Source: Macrostomum lignano (lineage: Eukaryota). Taken from it: a DNA stretch of 64,000 nt. The stretch covers positions 128,830-192,829 of the forward strand of contig NIVC01000623.1 in assembly GCA_002269645.1 (NCBI GenBank), read 5' to 3'. The first letter of the stretch is position 1, and every line of letters begins with the position of its first letter. Below, one piece after another: positions 11,429 through 23,370 of the stretch. The notes below the pieces were generated by a model that saw only the letters and a program-made list of their open reading frames with translations, did no database searches and was not told the origin of the DNA. A program made the translations under genes and the position numbers.

Positions 11429-14400
11429 TCAAATGGCTGCCAGAGCCGAGAAGCCCCCGGCAACCGCCAGAGCGACAATGGCTGACAGGCTGGCAGCGAG
11501 TTTCATGCCTGACTTTGGCGGGTCCGGGCACAGCTGGGGCGGCGTCCAGCTGCCCGGGTCCAGGCCCTTCAGCAGCAGCGTCTCCTGCTCGAAGACGAAT
11601 GACTGCATCACCAGCTGGCTGGCGTTGACACTGTCGCGTCTGACAGTCAGGAAGGACAGCGGATTGGCCCAGACCGCATACGGCACCGTGATGCTGTCGG
11701 CTGTCCGCTCGATTATGTTGCCAGGACTGGAGGACTCCTGCGGCTCCAGCAGGTTCACGAAGAACTGATAAGGCTCCGGTTCGGCCGTCAGCGAGACAGG
11801 GATCAGCTCCAGCTTGCCTATGCCGTACAGCAGTGTCAAACTGCCAGCGGTCTCGTTAGGGTGCACGCGCACCTGACCAAATCCAAAGTTGGCGTACCTG
11901 CCACAGGTGGGAAATGTTCGATGGGTCTTTTATCTACTGCGAGATGAGGGGTTTGGGAAAGCTCTGAATCCGTGATATTAATTATTCTATTCACCTCACT
12001 CCCGCACCCACCTCACTCCCGCACCCACCTCACTCCCGCACCCACCTCACTCCCGCACCCACCTCACTCCCGCACCCACCTCACTCCCGCACCCACCTCA
12101 CTCCCGCACCCACCTCACTCCCGCACCCACCTCACTCCCGCACCCACCTCACTCCCGCACCCACCTCACTCCCGCACCCACCTCACTCCCGCACCCACCT
12201 CACTCCCGCACCCACCTCACTCCCGCACCCACCTCACTCCCGCACCCACCTCACTGCTCCTTCTATTTATTCCACCCACCAATTCTAAATGGCAATGCCC
12301 TATATTTAACATCACTCTTCGATAATGTCATCACACTGCAAGCTAAAGGACAAGCAAAAATTCAATAATAATTGCGTCTATGAGCAGCGCACCTGCCGGT
12401 GAGTAGATTAACCTCGTCACTGGTCAATTTTCGTCGCTGCATTTTGTGCACCCTGGGATCGGCTGGTATTTTATTGAATATCTCGCAGACGTTGTCCTCT
12501 GTCACGAATGAGTGGTTTCTTAGCAGCAAGTCAGCGATGTACTTGTTGATAACAGATGCGTAAGCGACTTGAAGGGGGGCACTGTCCACCTGTTCCAGGG
12601 TCATGTGATTGAAAACGGCCAGGTTCTGACTGGGGAAAATGTCCAACTCGCAGCGCACACCTAGCAGAGAGCCACCGTGACTGAAATCCAGGTGCCCTGT
12701 GCAGGTTGAAAAGCTGCTTTGTGCAACGCTTGAAAATCGTATTGTTAGCTTGCAAAAGTACAAGTACAAGGTGGGTGAACGAGTGGGTGGGTGCAGGAGT
12801 GAGGTGGGTACAGGAGTGAGGTGGGTGAACGAGTGGGTTGGGTGCAGGAGTGGGGTGGGTTCAGGAGTGAGGTGGGTGCAGGAGTGAGGTGGATGCAGGA
12901 GTGAGGTGGGTGCAGCAGTGAGGTGGGTGAACGAATGGGGTGGGTGCAGGAGTGAGGTGATATAGGAGTGACGTGGGTGCAGGAGTGGGGTGAGTGCAGG
13001 ACGGAGGTGGGTGCAGGAGTGAGTTGGGTGCAGGAGTGGGGTGGGTGCAGGAGTGGGGTGGGTGCAGGAGTGGGGTGGGTGCAGGAGTGAGGTGGGTGCA
13101 GGAGTGAGGTGGGTGCACATAATATGAGAAAAGACTCACTTCCATACCAGGTCCGCATCCAGCCACGGCCGTAGGACTCGATCTCCCAGTCCGGCAGGTC
13201 GCTGACCACACTGGCATTGTACAACTGCGGGTTGAACAGGGCGTTAATCCCAACTCCTGCTGCCAAGGCGTTCAACGGTCGAAACTGTCCCGGCGCCGGC
13301 TCGTAGACGGAGTGTTTGGGGCTGGCGAGGTGGCGCATGTACCGCGACATGTCCGGCAGCGAGGCCAAAATGCCGCCGGCAGCTTCAACAAACCTTGTAG
13401 CTCTATGCAATACATTAATTAGTGACGCTTTGTCTTACTAGTAGTAGGATGATAAACGTTTTTCACTTGTTTTTAAGATATTGATCAAAAAATTGAAAAA
13501 TAATGCCAAAATCGTGTCAAGTTAGCCTGGCGTCGCAACTCATCACAGCTTAACTAATCAAAGAATTTAAAGCCCAGACTCACCGCTCCATCTTGGACAT
13601 CTCCAGCGGCACTTCCAGCCGCTTGTACTGCTGATTGATGACGACTCGGTCCAGCAGTTGTTTCTGCTTGATCTCTGAGCTGCCGTGAGTGTCCGTCATG
13701 CCCAGCGGTTGCCAGAGAAACTCGCGCATGTACTGGACGAAGCTGCGGTTCGTCAGGCGTTGCACAGCCATATCAGCGATTGTCCACACCAGGTTGTTGT
13801 AGACGAACGAGCCGCGACATGTCTGAAGGTGGGAAAATAGGATTTGAGGAACTCAGGGTAATCTGCTCAAGGTGTCTCAGGTAGGGTGAAGAGGAGGACT
13901 CAATGTAGTCTGCTCAAGGTGTCTCAGGTAGGGTGAGTGGATCAGGACTCAATGTAGTCTGCTCAAGGTGTCTCATGTAGGGTGAGTGGATCAGGACTCA
14001 ATGTAGTCTGCTCAAGGTGTCTCAGGTAGGGTGAGTGGATCAGGACTCAATGTAGTCTGCTCAAGGTGTCTCAGGTAGGGTGAGTGGATCAGGACTCAAT
14101 TTAGTCTGCTCAAGGTGTCTCAGGTAGGGTGAGTGGATCAGGACTCAATTTAGTCTGCTCAAGGTGTCTCATGTAGGGTGAGTGGATCAGGACTCAATTT
14201 AGTCTGCTCAAGGTGTCTCAGGTAGGGTGAGTGGATCAGGACTCAATGTAGTCTGCTCAAGGTGTCTCATGTAGGGTGAGAGGAGGGCTCAGTGCAAGGA
14301 TAGTACACTTACTTGGCCAGATCCTCTTTGCTCTGCCACTCATTCAGATACCACATGCTGTCGTGTCTGGACAGTCCAGTTCTGTGGCTCAGCATTTCGT

Positions 14401-14906
14401 CAATGGTGACAATCTCGCTGAGTCCGTGATCGGCAAACCAGAAGCTCTGATCTCCAATCAGCTGTTTTATTGGAGTGCTGAACAAGCTGCAAGATAAATA
14501 CCGAATGAAATTTGTACTTCTAATTACTTTGTCTCCGGCCGGCTACCGATTTTAGATTTGCTTACCTAAACGACTGATTCTTAAGTTGTTCGCGAAGGTG
14601 CTTCTCCACTTGAACCAGTGCCGTGCCAAACATTCCCTTGCTAACGGAGGCCAGGTACAGCAGCCGTACATCAGTGTCGGCAATGTCTTTGATCTCGCCG
14701 CTAGCCAGCTTCTCCAGTTTGACGCTGAAAATCTCCTGGTTAGCGTGCACCACTGCTGCGTGCAGCTGCGGCACCGACTGACAGCGCATGGTGCGCTCCA
14801 GCACCCGACGGACTGCCGCGGTGTCCAGCGGGTAATAGGAGGCACCCGCCGCCACCAGCTGCAAGCAGCACAGAAGGACGAATGCCAGGTTCCACACAGA
14901 CTGCAT
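11429..14906 (-). CDS. secreted beta-lactamase-related (class C/AmpC-like) serine hydrolase with a DUF3471-like C-terminal domain and hydrophobic (GPI-like) tail; exons 14906-14566, 14486-14313, 13822-13584, 13402-13140, 12696-12393, 11897-11429
   Basis: Signal peptide (MQSVWNLAFVLLCCLQLVAAGA); SxxK motif (LASVSK); TIDEMLSHRTGL; YxN motif (FVYNN); LWQPLGMTDT; AAGGILASLPDMSRY; HGG motif (SHGGS); GRYANFGFGQVRV; terminal LAASLSAIVALAVAGGFSALAAI*. All splice sites are GT-AG. Phases fit except exon 2->3 (summed exon length 1790 nt, not a multiple of 3). Confidence 0.88.
11993..12255. repeat. 17-bp intronic minisatellite CACCCACCTCACTCCCG
   Basis: About 15 near-perfect copies in intron 5 of the hydrolase. 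Confidence 0.95.
12770..13118. repeat. 17-bp intronic minisatellite GGGTGCAGGAGTGAGGT (inverted relative of the 11993-12255 array)
   Basis: About 20 copies in intron 4; the reverse complement ACCTCACTCCTGCACCC matches the intron 5 unit at 16/17 positions. Confidence 0.93.
13850..14290. repeat. 49-bp intronic minisatellite CAGGACTCAATGTAGTCTGCTCAAGGTGTCTCAGGTAGGGTGAGTGGAT
   Basis: About 9 copies filling intron 2 of the hydrolase. Confidence 0.95.
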
Positions 14907-15254
14907 TATGCCGGCCTAGTTTTGTTGTTTCAGCTGAGTGAGTCTTGGACTTTTACTCTGCTAATTGAACAGCTCTAAAAAAGGTTCTTTTAAGAAAGCT
15001 CGCTTGGCAGTGCGGCTTATCTTCTAAGATTTTTTGACTCACTCTTTGTGGTTTGATTGAGTCCAATACGAACTAGAAGATAAGATACCAACGAGAGAGA
15101 GAGCAGCTCACCTTGTGGTACTTTCTCCATTTTAAAACCAATTAAATATTTCGAAGTTCAACTTGGTAGTGACGGTTTTGCTGCTACTAAAATTGACGTG
15201 CATAGTTTATGCATTTCATGTAGACCTCTTCGGTTCGCCCTTGTGCCATTTGTT

Positions 15255-15750
15255 TGAAATCTGCCGCTCTCCGCTCTTTCTTACTTTCAATCTGCCTCTC
15301 TCCGCTCTTTCTGACTTTCAATCTGCCTCTCTCCGCTCTTTCTGACTTTCAATCTGCCTCTCTCCGCTCTTTCTGACTTTCAATCTGCCGCTCTCCGCTC
15401 TTTCTGACTTTCAATCTGCCTCTCTCCGCTCTTTCTGACTTTCAATCTGCCTCTCTCCGCTCTTTCTGACTTTCAATCTGCCTCTCTCCGCTCTTTTTGA
15501 CTTTCAATCTGCCTCTTTCCGCTCTTTCTGACTTTCAATCTGCCTCTCTCACCTCTTTCTTACTTTGAATCTGCCTCTCTCCGCTCTTTCTGACTTTCAA
15601 TCTGCCTCTCTCCGCTCTTTCTGACTTTCAATCTGCCTCTCTCCGCTCTTTCAGTCCTTAAATCTGCCTCTCTCTACTCTTTCAGTCTTTCAATCTGCCT
15701 CTCTCACCTCTTTCTTACTTTCAATCTGCCTCTCTCCGCTCTTTCAGTCC
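15255..15750. repeat. 31-bp minisatellite TTCAATCTGCCTCTCTCCGCTCTTTCTGACT
   Basis: About 15 copies. Confidence 0.95.
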
Positions 15751-15859
15751 GTAGGGTTTCAACCATAGAATAAGCAAACGCTAGCCAAACAATAATGCTA
15801 TACCTATAGATTCAAAACGATCAAAACGATTTTTTCATGTCTGAACGTCTTGATTAAAG

Positions 15860-16264
15860 TTGAATAGCTCATATACGCCAGCTGCAATTCACGCTATGAA
15901 CTTCATCGTTGCCCCTATGATATTAAATCAAAGTGCAGCAGGCTTGGTCATCAGCCTGGTCACCATCTGCGTCTGCTGTTGCTACCTGACTGGCGTAATT
16001 CTGCAGCTTGGCATTGAATCCGCGATGGTGCATCTTCAGCTCGCAGACAGAGCAATAGTTGGACCTTCAATATCGTTGAGCGCCGCTCTGACTCTCTCTT
16101 TGACCTGCAACTCTCTGCTGCTCTGCTGTCTGCCAGTCTGCCTGCTGCTTGGCATCCTCTGGCGTCAGCAGGCCGTCGTCTCATCGACTGCGGCACTGCA
16201 GACGGATGCAGATGCCGATGAAGCTGATACCACAGCTGATGATGACGGGCAAGGCGACTCCTGA
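15860..16264 (+). CDS. possible terminal exon of a membrane protein (hydrophobic segments followed by an acidic tail)
   Basis: Non-repetitive ORF with two hydrophobic stretches (AAGLVISLVTICVCCCYLTGVILQL; LLLCCLPVCLLLGILW) and a DADADEADTTADDDG tail. Upstream exons were not found, and the opposite strand also has splice-like sites. Confidence 0.3.
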   Translation: MNSSYTPAAIHAMNFIVAPMILNQSAAGLVISLVTICVCCCYLTGVILQLGIESAMVHLQLADRAIVGPSISLSAALTLSLTCNSLLLCCLPVCLLLGILWRQQAVVSSTAALQTDADADEADTTADDDGQGDS

Positions 16265-16769
16265 GTCGTGTTGTCAACGCATTTTTATGATTATGAAGTA
16301 TTCTCTTACCTGTGGTTCCCATCCACCCCTCCGGTCACCGAGAGTTTCTGTCTATGGCTGCAACTTCAGGCTAAAATTGATGTACAAAGACTTAAATAGG
16401 CTCATATCTGTTTAAAGTCGCCGATTCTATATTCTTGTACTTTTGAGCTGTATTTCTATGAATAGAAATTGCAGTGACTAGAGGGGTGGGTCGGGTTATA
16501 AAACCGAGCATCGGCTCTTCTGTGCAATTAACTGCCCTTAATTGGGCAATTTGGTTTGCTCACTAATTGGCCATTTTACGGTGACCAAGTAAGTGATTTG
16601 TGTGTCAAATGCTCATTTGCCTTGGGCAAGTTGTTTTTGTGTTAGTCTCAAAGCGATGACTGATAATTTCTCTGATTGAGTTTTGAGCTTCTCAGCTGCT
16701 TATTAACGTGCGAAAAGGGACTGACTGCTGGGTGTCTGTCACGTGCCTATGAAATGTCACTGTGGTGTC

Positions 16770-17340
16770 TGAAGGGTCTGTGAGGTGATTGTGAGGTGTC
16801 TATGAGGTTTCTGTGAGGTGTCTGTGAGGTGTTTGTGAGGTGTCTGTGAGGTGTCTGTGAGGTGTCTCTGGGGTGTCTGTGAGGTGTTTGTGAGGTGTTT
16901 GTGAGGTGTTTGTGAGTCGTCTGTGAGGTGTCTATGAGGTGTCTGTGAGGTGTCTGTGAGGTGTCTGTGAGGTGTCTGTGAGGTGTCTGTGAGGTGTCTG
17001 TGAGGTTTCTGTGAGGTGTTTGTAAGGTGTCTGTGAGGTGTCTGTGAGGTGTCTTTTTGGTGTCTCTGATGGGTATGCTGAGTGTCTGTGAAGTTTCTGT
17101 GAGGTGTCTGTGAGGTGTCTGTGAGGTGTCTGTGAGGTGTCTGTGAGGTGTCTGTGAGGTGTCTTTTTGGTGTCTCTGATGGGTATGCTGAGTGTCTGTG
17201 AAGTTTCTGTGAGGTGTCTGTGAGGTGTCTGTGAGGTGTCTTTTTGGTGTCTCTGATGGGTCTGCTGGGTGTCTGTGAGGTGTCTGTAGAATGTCTGTGG
17301 GGTGTCTGTGAGGTGTCTGTGAGGTGTCTGTTTGTATCTG
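16770..17340. repeat. 11-bp minisatellite TGTGAGGTGTC with interspersed longer duplicated blocks
   Basis: Direct reading; a TTTTTGGTGTCTCTGATGGG block recurs three times. Confidence 0.93.
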
Positions 17341-18639
17341 TCTGCTGAGTGTCTGAGGGATTCTGCTGAACTGGATGGAGTCTCCTAGAGCTGAACGCTG
17401 ACTCCATCCCGTTTTTGATGGGTCGAGCATTCAATTATGCGACTTTATAATTTGAAATAAAAATTCTGTTCATCATCAAGAATTTTATTTGGTACTGACA
17501 GGTAATTCATACAATCGACTCCCAATATCAGGTCCTACCGATCTGATTTTTGTCAATGTCAGTAAAAATCAACTTTGTAGTAAGAATGAAGAAAAAGTTG
17601 CACTCATTCCCAATTCACAGGCTCCTGTGCTTGTGGACAAGAAATTTTCGATACAATGGACCCCCTGTGGAGAGCGGCGCAAATGCAGTGGGTGCAACAG
17701 CAAGTGTTACGCAATCAATGCTTGAAGACCGAAGTCTTCATTCGCAGTTCTGTGTTTCTGTCTCCCTCCCCAAGTCTGTCAGTTAAACGGGCCTGCAAGT
17801 CCTCAGTCAGTTTAGTGTCTTTAAAAATTAAAATTTAAAACTACATATTGACGCGGCTATCTTGCTTTTCTTCAGACTATAGACTAAAAAATGGAAATAG
17901 TTTGACCGTATTAAAAATTTTATACATTTTAAAACCTTTTCGCGCCGGAGCTAGAAATACAAAAGCTCTGTTCCTGGCGACATGGTCAGCAGGGCTGGCC
18001 ATAGACTATAGCTAGAATCTTAATGCGCCTCTGTGCAAAGCCTTTCTAGCCGAGAAGGGAGCATTTTATACTCGGCTTGGACAAATCTTGGGTCGAAAGA
18101 AGCAGTTTCAAAGTGCATTTCACTTATTGCTCTCTGAATAGATTATGCAGTGTGTACACTCGATATCTAGCAATAGCCACTACAGCACTTTAAAATCTTC
18201 AAACAGGCCTTTTTGAAAGAGAAAGCACTGCACCTTTTTAATACGAGTAGGGCATCATTTTATTGGAAAGTAAATCAGCTACAACCATGGAAATTTTGCA
18301 TACATCGGATTCTGAGACTGATGATGTCATCAAAGAGAAACCGAGTCGCTGCATTCCATTGCAGATAAATAGGACTTTTTTCACCCATTTTTCGTATGAT
18401 CAGCGCTGCTGACCATGCTCGGCAGGAACGGCTACTGTGCAGCTCATAACTTTTCTTTTACCATAGACTCCAAAAATTACCAGCAGTAAAGGTTTTTGGT
18501 CCATGCCGGCAGCTTAAAGTTAATAGAGGATTTGGTTTGACTTTTGAGGTTAGAAGTTTGTTCTGTAGCCAACAACAATGACAATGAAAATCACAAGGAC
18601 GACTGGATAACTACAGTGTCCTTAACGAAGACGACGACA

Positions 18640-19560
18640 ACAAGAACAAAACTAACAACAACAACAACAACAATAAAACTAACAACAACAACAACAAAAC
18701 AAACAACAACAACAAAACAAACAACAACAACAACAGCAATAGCAATAACCACAACAACAGCAACTACAATGGCAACAACAATAACAACAACAATAACAAC
18801 AACAACAACAACAACAAAACAAACAACAACAACAACAGCAATAGCAATAACCACAACAACAGCAACAACAACAACAACAAAACTAACAACAACAACAACA
18901 ACAATAAAACTAACAACAACAACAACAACAACAACAAAACAAACAACAACAACAAAACAAACAACAACAACAACAGCAATAGCAATAACCACAACAACAG
19001 CAACTACAATGGCAACAACAGTAACAACAACAATAACAACAACAACAGCAACAACAACAACAACAAAACTAACAACAACAACAACAACAATAAAACTAAC
19101 AACAACAACAACAACAACAACAACAAAACAAACAACAACAACAAAACAAACAACAACAACAACAGCAATAGCAATAACCACAACAACAGCAACTACAATG
19201 GCAACAACAATAACAACAACAATAACAACAACAACAACAACAACAAAACAAACAACAACAACAACAGCAATAGCAATAACCACAACAACAGCAACTACAA
19301 TGGCAACAACAGTAACAACAACAATAACAACAACAACAGCAACAACAACAACAACAAAACTAACAACAACAACAACAACAATAAAACTAACAACAACAAC
19401 AACAACAACAACAAAACAAACAACAACAACAAAACAAACAACAACAACAACAGCAATAGCAATAACCACAACAACAGCAACAACAACAACAACAAAACTA
19501 ACAACAACAAAACTAACAACAACAACAACTACAGCAACTACAATAGCAACAACAATAACA
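18640..19560. repeat. compound (AAC)n trinucleotide satellite with higher-order blocks
   Basis: AAC runs punctuated by recurring AGCAATAGCAATAACCAC and AAAACTAAC cassettes. Confidence 0.93.
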
Positions 19561-20164
19561 ACATTGGCTTCCTTCCATCAAGCTTTGCGCTCTGAACCCT
19601 CCAAACCCTCCAAAAAGTAAAATAAAAATGAGTTCAATTATGACTCCCGTACTGACAGCTCAGGTCCTGGCCCATATTCAGTATTCAAAAGAACAGGAAG
19701 ATTGGATCGAGAGCTTCATAAAGTCGAGTCCAAGTCAAGAGGATTGGAATTAGTTGCCAGGGCAGTCTTAATGAAAAATCCTCAGTTTTTTAAGTGGACT
19801 GACTATCAGTGCTCTAACCAGCTTCAAGTGGTTAGGAAATTAATTTATATGGATATTGGTTGACTTCATTTCGATAAATTTTTAGGTGAAAAGAGGGACC
19901 AGAACCTGGCACCGACTGTCCCACCAGGTGCGAAATTTTTCTTTTTATTGATAAGCAGAACTGTGATCCTAAAATGAGAGGATAGGCCATTAGCAACTTT
20001 TTTATTAATCATTCCCCTAAGATGCCGCCATCGTGAGTGGTTAGTGGTTTCTAAGGCAAAAACAATGCATCGATGAGAAATCTGATACAACTTACTCGCA
20101 ATGACATAAGCTAGCGCCTTCTGAATAAAATTATTAATCTCTCTCAAAGGTAGATTAAAGTTCA

Positions 20165-21290
20165 GAATAGAATAGAATAGAATAGAATAGAAAATAATAT
20201 AATAGAATAGAATAGAATAGAATACAATAGAATAGAATAGAATAGAATAGAATAGAATAGAATAGAATAGAATAGAATAGAATAGAATAGAATAGAATAG
20301 AATAGAATAGAATAGAATAGAATAGAATAGAATAGAATAGAATAGAATAGAATAGAAAATAATATAATAGAATAGAATAGAATAGAATAGAATAGAATAG
20401 AATAGAATAGAATAGAATAGAATAGAATAGAATAGAATAGAATAGAGTAGAATAGAATAGAATAGAAAAGAATAGAATAGAAAAGAAAAGAATAGAATAG
20501 AATAAAATAGAATAGAAAAGAATAGAATATGATATAATAGAATAGAATAGAATAGAATAGAATAGAATATAATAGAAAAGAAAAGAAAAGAAAAGAAAAG
20601 AATAGAATAGAATAGAAAATAATAGAATAGAATAGAATAGAATATAATATAATAGAATAGAATATAATAGAATAGAATAGAGTAGAATAGAATAGAATAG
20701 AATAGAATAGAATAGAATAGAATAGAATAGAATAGAATAGAATAGAATAGAATAGAATAGAATAGAATAGAATAGAATAGAATAGAATAGAATAGAATAG
20801 AATAGAATAGAATAGAATAGAATAGAATAGAATAGAATAGAATAGAATAGAATAGAATAGAATAGAATAGAATAGAATAGAATAGAATAGAATAGAATAG
20901 AATAGAATAGAATAGAATAGAATAGAATAGAATAGAATAGATTAGATTAGAATAGAATAGATTAGATTAGAATAGAATAGAATAGAATAGAATAGAATAG
21001 AATAGAATTGAATGGAATAAAATTGAATAAAATAGAATAGAAAAGAAAAGAAAATAATAGAATAGAATAGAATAGAATAGAATAGAATAGAATAGAATAG
21101 AATAGAATAGAATAGAATAGAATAGAATAGAATAGAATAGATTAGATTAGAATAGAATAGATTAGATTAGAATAGAATAGAATAGAATAGAATAGAATAG
21201 AATTGAATTGAATGGAATAAAATTGAATAAAATAGAATAGAAAAGAAAAGAAAATAATAGAATAGAATAGGGTAGGATAGAATAGGATAG
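20165..21290. repeat. (AATAG)n pentanucleotide satellite
   Basis: About 1.1 kb; includes a duplicated ~200-bp variant block (~20940-21070 and ~21140-21260). Confidence 0.97.
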
Positions 21291-21889
21291 AATAGTAGTG
21301 GTGAGTCAGAACCCTCCTCATCATTAAGCATTCAACCAGCGAAGCATGATAGCTGAGATCGGAATTCATGAGCAACTCAAACTCGCAACTGGAATTAACG
21401 CGAGTAACAAAGCCAATCTAAATAAGTGAGCGAGATGGAGTGGGCAACTCTGTCAAACTGAATGTCTAGTCTGATTCAGATAGCTAATTTAATAGTAAAG
21501 TCAGTTAATTGCATCCCCACTTTTAGCAAGCCAGACAAGGGTGTGCTTGATTATGCTCTAGTTTAATCACTGCTGACAAATAAAGTTTGACGTCAAAACA
21601 CACAATGCAACGGGGATCGCTGTTAGCTTGAAAACGCAAAACCGCTGTGGGCTTAATTCGGCACCTTTTTGAGCTGAGGAGAGGCGTTTACCTTTTATGG
21701 TTAGCACTGACACCTTTTTGACAATCGAAAGGAGCTGCTGCTCTTTTGAGGCTGGAAGCCAAAAATCGGAAGGTGTGAAGCGAGAGGTGTGAGCACCGCT
21801 GGCAAAGCAAGCGGGGAGAGGAGAGGCTTTGGTGCTGAGTTGACCACTGAGAAGGATGGGGGAATTAGGAGTAGAATGAGATATGAGAA

Positions 21890-22540
21890 AGAGAAGGGGA
21901 CAGAGAATGCAGAGGGGAGAAATGTAGAGAGAGGGGGAGAGAGGAAGAGAGAAGAGGGGGGAGGGGAGAGAGGGAGAGGAGGGAGGGGGTGAGGGGAGAG
22001 GGGAGAGGAGAGAGGAGAGAGGGAGAGGGAGAGAGGAGAGAGGGAGAGGGGAGAGGGGAGAGAGGAGAGAGGGAGAGGGAGAGAGGAGAGAAGGAGAGAG
22101 AAGAAAGGAGAGAGGAGAAAGGAGAGAGGGAGAGGGGAGAGGGAGAGGGGGGAGGGAGTGAAGGGAGGGGGAGAGGGGAGAGAGGAGAGAGGGAGAGAGG
22201 AGAAAGGAGAGAGGAGAAAGGAGAGACGGAGAGGGGAGAGGGAGAGAGGAGAGAGGAGAAAGGAGAGAGGGAGAGGGGAGAGGGAGAGAGGAGAAAGGAG
22301 AAAGGAGAGAGGGAGAGGGAGAGGGAGAGGGGAGAGGGAGAGAGGAGAAAGGAGAAAGGAGAGAGGGAGAGGGGAGAGGGAGAGAGGAGAGAGGAGTAAG
22401 GAGAGAGGGAGAGGGAGAGGGAGAGAGGAGAGAGGAGTAAGGAGAGAGGGAGAGGGGAGAGGGAGAGAGGAGAAAGGAGTAAGGAGAGAGGGAGAGGGGA
22501 GAGGGGAGAGACGGAGAGGGGAGAGGGGAGAGGAGGGAGA
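21890..22540. repeat. GA-rich low-complexity tract
   Basis: GGAGAGGG/GAGAAAG runs; the overlapping ORFs are artefacts. Confidence 0.95.
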
Positions 22541-23370
22541 GTCCTCAAACCCCAAAGCACCGACACTAACGCAGATGATGTTGCTAACGCAGATGTTTTT
22601 AAGCGAAGTGCCGATATTTCGAGTTCGGTTACTTTTCGTCAGGGCAGAATGCGAGTAAAGTTGATTTGGCACAAATTGCCGCCAATATTTAAAGGCGATA
22701 ACGTCAGGGAGAAGACAGGGTTTGAGGGAGAGGAGGAGAGGGAAGAGAAGGAGAGGGAGGCGCATGTACAATCCACGATAAATAGCCGAATGAACAAAAA
22801 GAAAAGGAGCCGATATTCTGATAAAAGGAATTTTCAATATTTAAAGAAAAGAGAGAGAACATGGGGAGAGATGGTTTGAAAAGAGGCCAGGGCAGAGAAA
22901 GAGAGGAGAAAAAGTAAAAATTTTAGAAGAGAATAAAACAGTTTGGCTATTTCCCAATTCCCTGTGTCAGCTCTAGAGATAAAGAGAGCATAATCTGGTA
23001 TTTTTTAACAAGCAGAGAATTTGCAGCAGCCCTCAATTACACTGGAGCAGCTGCACAGCAACCTATCTAAAACCAAGGATACAGAATAAAGGCATGTAAT
23101 TAAAAGCCAATTTCAGAACCATGGCCTCACGAGGAAATTCGAGGGCTATTCGAATAGATGAAGCCTGACTGTCTTGACAAGTCGCGTGACCGAGAAGGGG
23201 TCTCAGGCGGATTCTGAAACAAAAATTTCTTAACCTTCACTGAACCCCTAGGGGCATGATTTGTGCAGACACACACACACACGCACACAAGATAAAGCTA
23301 CTTTGCTATCAGGACCTGCAGTCAGGCAAAACAAAACAAGTAATTATGATTGGATTTTCAGACTTCATTA

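Noticed and set aside
15950-16330. - strand reading GVALPVIISCGISFIGICIRLQCRSR* continuing past a TGA (possible readthrough)
   Set aside because: The upstream exon has a stop in the needed frame, and the + strand offers an equally plausible ORF; no basis for claiming readthrough or selenocysteine.
20165-21290. Telomeric or centromeric identity of the (AATAG)n tract
   Set aside because: Not a TTAGGG-type repeat, only 1.1 kb and interstitial between genes; no evidence of function.
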